A stretch of DNA of 64,000 bases, taken from an uncultured Bacteroidales bacterium (GTDB lineage: Bacteria; Bacteroidota; Bacteroidia; Bacteroidales; Bacteroidaceae). Location of the stretch: contig CAMAFY010000003.1 of NCBI GenBank assembly GCA_945833885.1, forward strand, positions 49,057 through 113,056. The letters run 5' to 3'. Of the stretch, positions 60,637 to 64,000 are shown one piece after another (within the stretch, counting starts at the first letter, position 1; each line of letters opens with the position of its first letter). A program made the position numbers and the translations under genes. The notes beneath the pieces are model-generated. The model searched no databases, had not been told where the DNA came from, and saw only the letters and a list, made by a program, of their open reading frames with translations.

Positions 60637-61103
60637 TGAACATGGTTCTGTATAGCGGGCTATATGGCCGGCAGAACAGAGCCTTTTTACCGAAAAGAGA
60701 CGGAAAGACGGCAATACGCAATCCGTAAAACTGCAAGAAAGTTATGCGGAGGTAATTACAGAATCCGGCATAAACTGATTGTTGCGACCTACTTATAGAA
60801 AAACAATAAATGTAAGTTTGCCTGCATGTGTGGGCATAAACTGATGTGTCCGGCAGGAACCGTCCCCTTCCCGAATGGAAGATGAACGTCACACTATGGA
60901 CATTCCTTTTATTTTTTTCTGATGTGCCGATGCCGCCATCCGTTCTTCGAGCAAACCTTCTATGGGAAGATGCTTCGGATTGTAGGGTGTTTTATTCCCT
61001 CTATGCTGTTGGCGCCGTTCAACGTACAGGACATCACGAGCATAAAACCCGCCAAATCAACCCATTCCCTCAGAAACACTAACCAAAAATCATCATAAAT
61101 TAC

Positions 61104-62030
61104 ATGAAAAACGTACTTGCCCAACTTCTGACAAAGAAGTTTTGGGTGGAATTGTTTGTAATGACGGCAGGCATGTTTGTCGCTGCCATTGCCGTGCATT
61201 TCTTCCTTATTCCCAGTAAACTCATTGTAGGTTCCATCACAGGTCTTTCGCTTGTCATCTCCCAACTTCTGCCTTTCGTATCGACGGGAACGTACATTTT
61301 CGCCATCAATGCCATCCTGTTGTTGTTGGCATTCCTGTTGATTGGCAATGAGTTCGGTGCGAAAACCGTCTATACAGCCCTTATTCTTGGTCCGATGGTC
61401 GACTTCCTCGCTTCCATTTATCCCATGGAGCAGTCGATGTTTGCCGAGGTTATCGAAGGCACAGGACAGGTTATTCTCAATCCCTGGTTCGACCTTTTGG
61501 GATTTGTCCTCGTGCTCAGTGCCTCGCAGAGCATCCTTTTCAGCATCAATGCTTCGACCGGCGGCCTCGATATCCTGGCAAAAATCATCAACAAGTATCT
61601 CCATGTCAATATCGGAACCGCGGTATCCATCGGTGGCGGTCTCATCTGTTGCACGGCGTTTGCCATCAATCCTGCCAAACTTGTCATCATCGGTCTTATC
61701 GGAACATGGATAAATGGTGTCATCGTGAACTACTTCATGAGCAACATAAACTCCAAGATTCGTGTACATATCATCACCGACGAGTATGAGAAAATCTCTG
61801 AATTTATCATGCACGAAATCCGTCGTGGCATCACCCTTCATCACGTAGTCGGGGGGTACGAACACAAGCAAAAGGTGCAGATAGAGACCATACTTACCGA
61901 GGACGACTTCTCGAAACTCATTGACTTTATGCACCGCGAAAACATCCGTTCCTTCATGTCGTGCGACACCGTCAGCGCGGTTTACGGACTTTGGAACAAG
62001 AAGAGTCTGCTCAATCTTTCGCAAGAATAA
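61104..62030 (+). CDS. YitT-family membrane protein (DUF161/DUF2179)
   Basis: GSITGLS, ASTGGLDILAKII and RRGIT...GGY motifs. Confidence 0.88.
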   Translation: MKNVLAQLLTKKFWVELFVMTAGMFVAAIAVHFFLIPSKLIVGSITGLSLVISQLLPFVSTGTYIFAINAILLLLAFLLIGNEFGAKTVYTALILGPMVDFLASIYPMEQSMFAEVIEGTGQVILNPWFDLLGFVLVLSASQSILFSINASTGGLDILAKIINKYLHVNIGTAVSIGGGLICCTAFAINPAKLVIIGLIGTWINGVIVNYFMSNINSKIRVHIITDEYEKISEFIMHEIRRGITLHHVVGGYEHKQKVQIETILTEDDFSKLIDFMHRENIRSFMSCDTVSAVYGLWNKKSLLNLSQE

Positions 62031-62078
62031 CTTCCCATGTTCCAAGATTTTTCCTCTAATATTCAAAAGAATGCCAGC

Positions 62079-63107
62079 ATGAAGAAAATCGTTCCCCTCG
62101 TCCTTTGCGCCATGTTTGCCCCGCAAAGTTTGGTTCATACAAGCGCACAAGAGACATCTTTGCGTCCGAAATTGAAGTTCGAGGCAAGATGCGACTACAA
62201 TCACGACAGCGAAAACGCCGACAAATCGGGAATAAAAGGATACATCGTTGACTTCAAACTTGAAGGAGACCTGTCGCCCAGATTCTCATATAAATACCGT
62301 CAACGTCTGAACAAACCGCAGAAGGATGCTTCGTTCTTTGATGCCACAGACTGGCTCTACCTTACCTATAAAGCGCATAGAAACGTATCGCTGATGGCGG
62401 GAAAATGGATTGTAGCCCTCGGAGGTTGGGAGACGGAACCTGCGCCAATCGACATCTTCCAGGTGGGAGAATTCTGCAACAATTACTCATGTTATCAATG
62501 GGGAGCCAACGTGATTCTCAACACGAACAACGATAATCATCAGGTGTATTTCCAGTTCTGCGAAAGCCCGTTCCGCAAACTTTATGAGCAGACGTCGGGA
62601 AAGGGGAAAGAAATGTGGGCATATAATGTCCTTTGGATTGGCAACGCCGATTTCTTCCACTCTTTCTATTCGGCAAACATGATGGAATACCGTCCTGGAA
62701 AGTACCTTAGTTTCGTTGCCCTCGGCAACCGTTTCGACCTCGGTCCTAAGGTCTCTCTCGATTTCGACTTCCAGCATCGTGCGTCGCGTGCCTCAGATTT
62801 CTTTAAGGACTACAGCATTTCCACTCAAATTGACTACCATCCTGTGCCCGCTTTCCGCTGTTTCAGCAAGTATAGTTACGATACCAACACAACGGGTAAC
62901 GACAGTGACCTCTGCGTTCACGATGGAACCAAGATCTCACGTCTTGGAGCCGGGGTGGAATACTTCCCATTGAAGAACGACAATCTTCGGCTTCATGCCC
63001 AATATAGTTACAGTTGGGGCGATAATACCAACCCTGATGGAGTGTTGCGTGACAAGCAATCTATTGTCAATGTCGGTGTGACATGGCGGATGCACATCCT
63101 GAAATAA
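62079..63107 (+). CDS. Outer-membrane beta-barrel/porin
   Basis: Signal peptide; FSYKYRQRLNK, ATDWLYL, GGWE...APID; alternating beta-strand C-terminus. Confidence 0.75.
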   Translation: MKKIVPLVLCAMFAPQSLVHTSAQETSLRPKLKFEARCDYNHDSENADKSGIKGYIVDFKLEGDLSPRFSYKYRQRLNKPQKDASFFDATDWLYLTYKAHRNVSLMAGKWIVALGGWETEPAPIDIFQVGEFCNNYSCYQWGANVILNTNNDNHQVYFQFCESPFRKLYEQTSGKGKEMWAYNVLWIGNADFFHSFYSANMMEYRPGKYLSFVALGNRFDLGPKVSLDFDFQHRASRASDFFKDYSISTQIDYHPVPAFRCFSKYSYDTNTTGNDSDLCVHDGTKISRLGAGVEYFPLKNDNLRLHAQYSYSWGDNTNPDGVLRDKQSIVNVGVTWRMHILK

Positions 63108-63350
63108 TGCCTCGGATTCCAGAATTTTCCTATCTGAAAAGCCGATGAAAGGATATGGGAACCGGAATGTTATCCTAAGAAAAATCCATAGAAATCGGCA
63201 AAACGTAACCAATATAAAGGCAAGATAGGTTCATGGTGAATTCCTGAAATCCGCCTAAAAATATAAGCGAAGGGCAATCTGCGTTTCTGCGGATTGCCCG
63301 TTTTTGTTATGTCATGTCCGTAAATTCCTGTCGGAGATGGTTGTAAACAG

Positions 63351-63387
63351 AAAGGGCCACACCCGGCATTGAAGGAGGGTGTGGCCC
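63351..63387 (-). terminator. Terminator after the Dabb gene
   Basis: gggccacaccc / gggtgtggccc stem followed by T-rich tail on the minus strand. Confidence 0.65.
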
Positions 63388-63426
63388 AGAATGGTAAAGA
63401 ATGTTTTGTATGATGTGGAGGTGGAA

Positions 63427-63738
63427 TCAGTCTTCCGTCTCGAAATCGAGGCATGTACGTTGTGCGGTGAACGGACGTACGCGGCTGTTTGCTACGGCAA
63501 CGTGCTCGGGATGCTTGGCATAGGCGGCAAGCGCTTCGGGATTTTCGAGGGTGCTGTCGAGCATGACGTCGCAGTTCGATGTGGCAAGACGCCCGTCAAT
63601 GTGTACGGTAGCGCTGACGAGACCGGGGACTTTGCCCACAAGGCCTTCAAGACCCTCCTTGATGTTACGCTTGATGTCGGCCTTTTCGGCTTCGGAAAGT
63701 TCTGGCTTCAAGGTCCAGAGAATGATGTGTTTTACCAT
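63427..63738 (-). CDS. Dabb-family stress-responsive A/B barrel protein
   Basis: MVKHIILWTLK...LAAYAKHPEH...RTCLDFE. Confidence 0.9.
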   Translation of the reverse strand: MVKHIILWTLKPELSEAEKADIKRNIKEGLEGLVGKVPGLVSATVHIDGRLATSNCDVMLDSTLENPEALAAYAKHPEHVAVANSRVRPFTAQRTCLDFETED

Positions 63739-63808
63739 GTTTTTGGGGAATGGATTATTGGGTGATGATATCCTTCAGAGGGCGTTGACCCTCTTGATTG
63801 TCCGCCCG

Positions 63809-63999
63809 TCATGTCTGTTCTTCCTTTTCTTTTTTGGCGGATTCTGCGGCGCATCCGGTGTCGGGACTTCGTAGAAGGATGAAGAATGTCGGCGTGAAAA
63901 TCCTAATGGCATCGCAAGGATATTACTGCAATCTCCGTATAATGCGGGTGGACGATGGGACGTAGACTTTGCGGGAAGCGGTGATTTTAGCGTATCGCC
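63809..63999 (-). CDS. Possible 3' end of a gene cut by the window edge
   Basis: Open frame from the edge to a TGA (...YEVPTPDAAESAKKEKEEQT*); no recognisable motif. Confidence 0.25.
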
Positions 64000-64000
64000 G

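Overview
Core-chromosome segment of a Bacteroidales bacterium, probably Prevotellaceae-like (TAnnTTTG promoters, porU-porV-ispF synteny, T9SS C-terminal domains). Most of it is housekeeping and envelope genes: dut 3' end, TPR-DUF4292-M23 operon, argR, sulfatase, two tRNA-Gln(CUG), priming sugar transferase, ECF sigma, purT, kdsD/kdsA, valS, der, purB, pseudouridine synthase, asnS, porU/porV/ispF, TBDR plus metallophosphoesterase, yidC, S9 peptidase, MFS, YitT and a porin. I found no integrase, transposase, phage gene or CRISPR array. Five signals stand out. (1) An orphan HPrK-like kinase, S26-like peptidase and PqqD/RRE cassette lies directly upstream of yidC, with no visible precursor or cyclase. 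(2) A ~80-100 bp hairpin repeat occurs six times between genes, with compensatory changes around a GNA triloop; two copies flank one gene in inverted orientation. (3) Intergenic arrays from at least five unrelated sequence families all share a 22-bp period. (4) A T9SS-substrate paralogue is intact except for two in-frame stops, one aligned to Gln, and lies beside a tandem tRNA-Gln pair. (5) An (AT)n tract sits just after the probable start of the priming glycosyltransferase. All product calls come from motif recognition by eye; no database searches were run.
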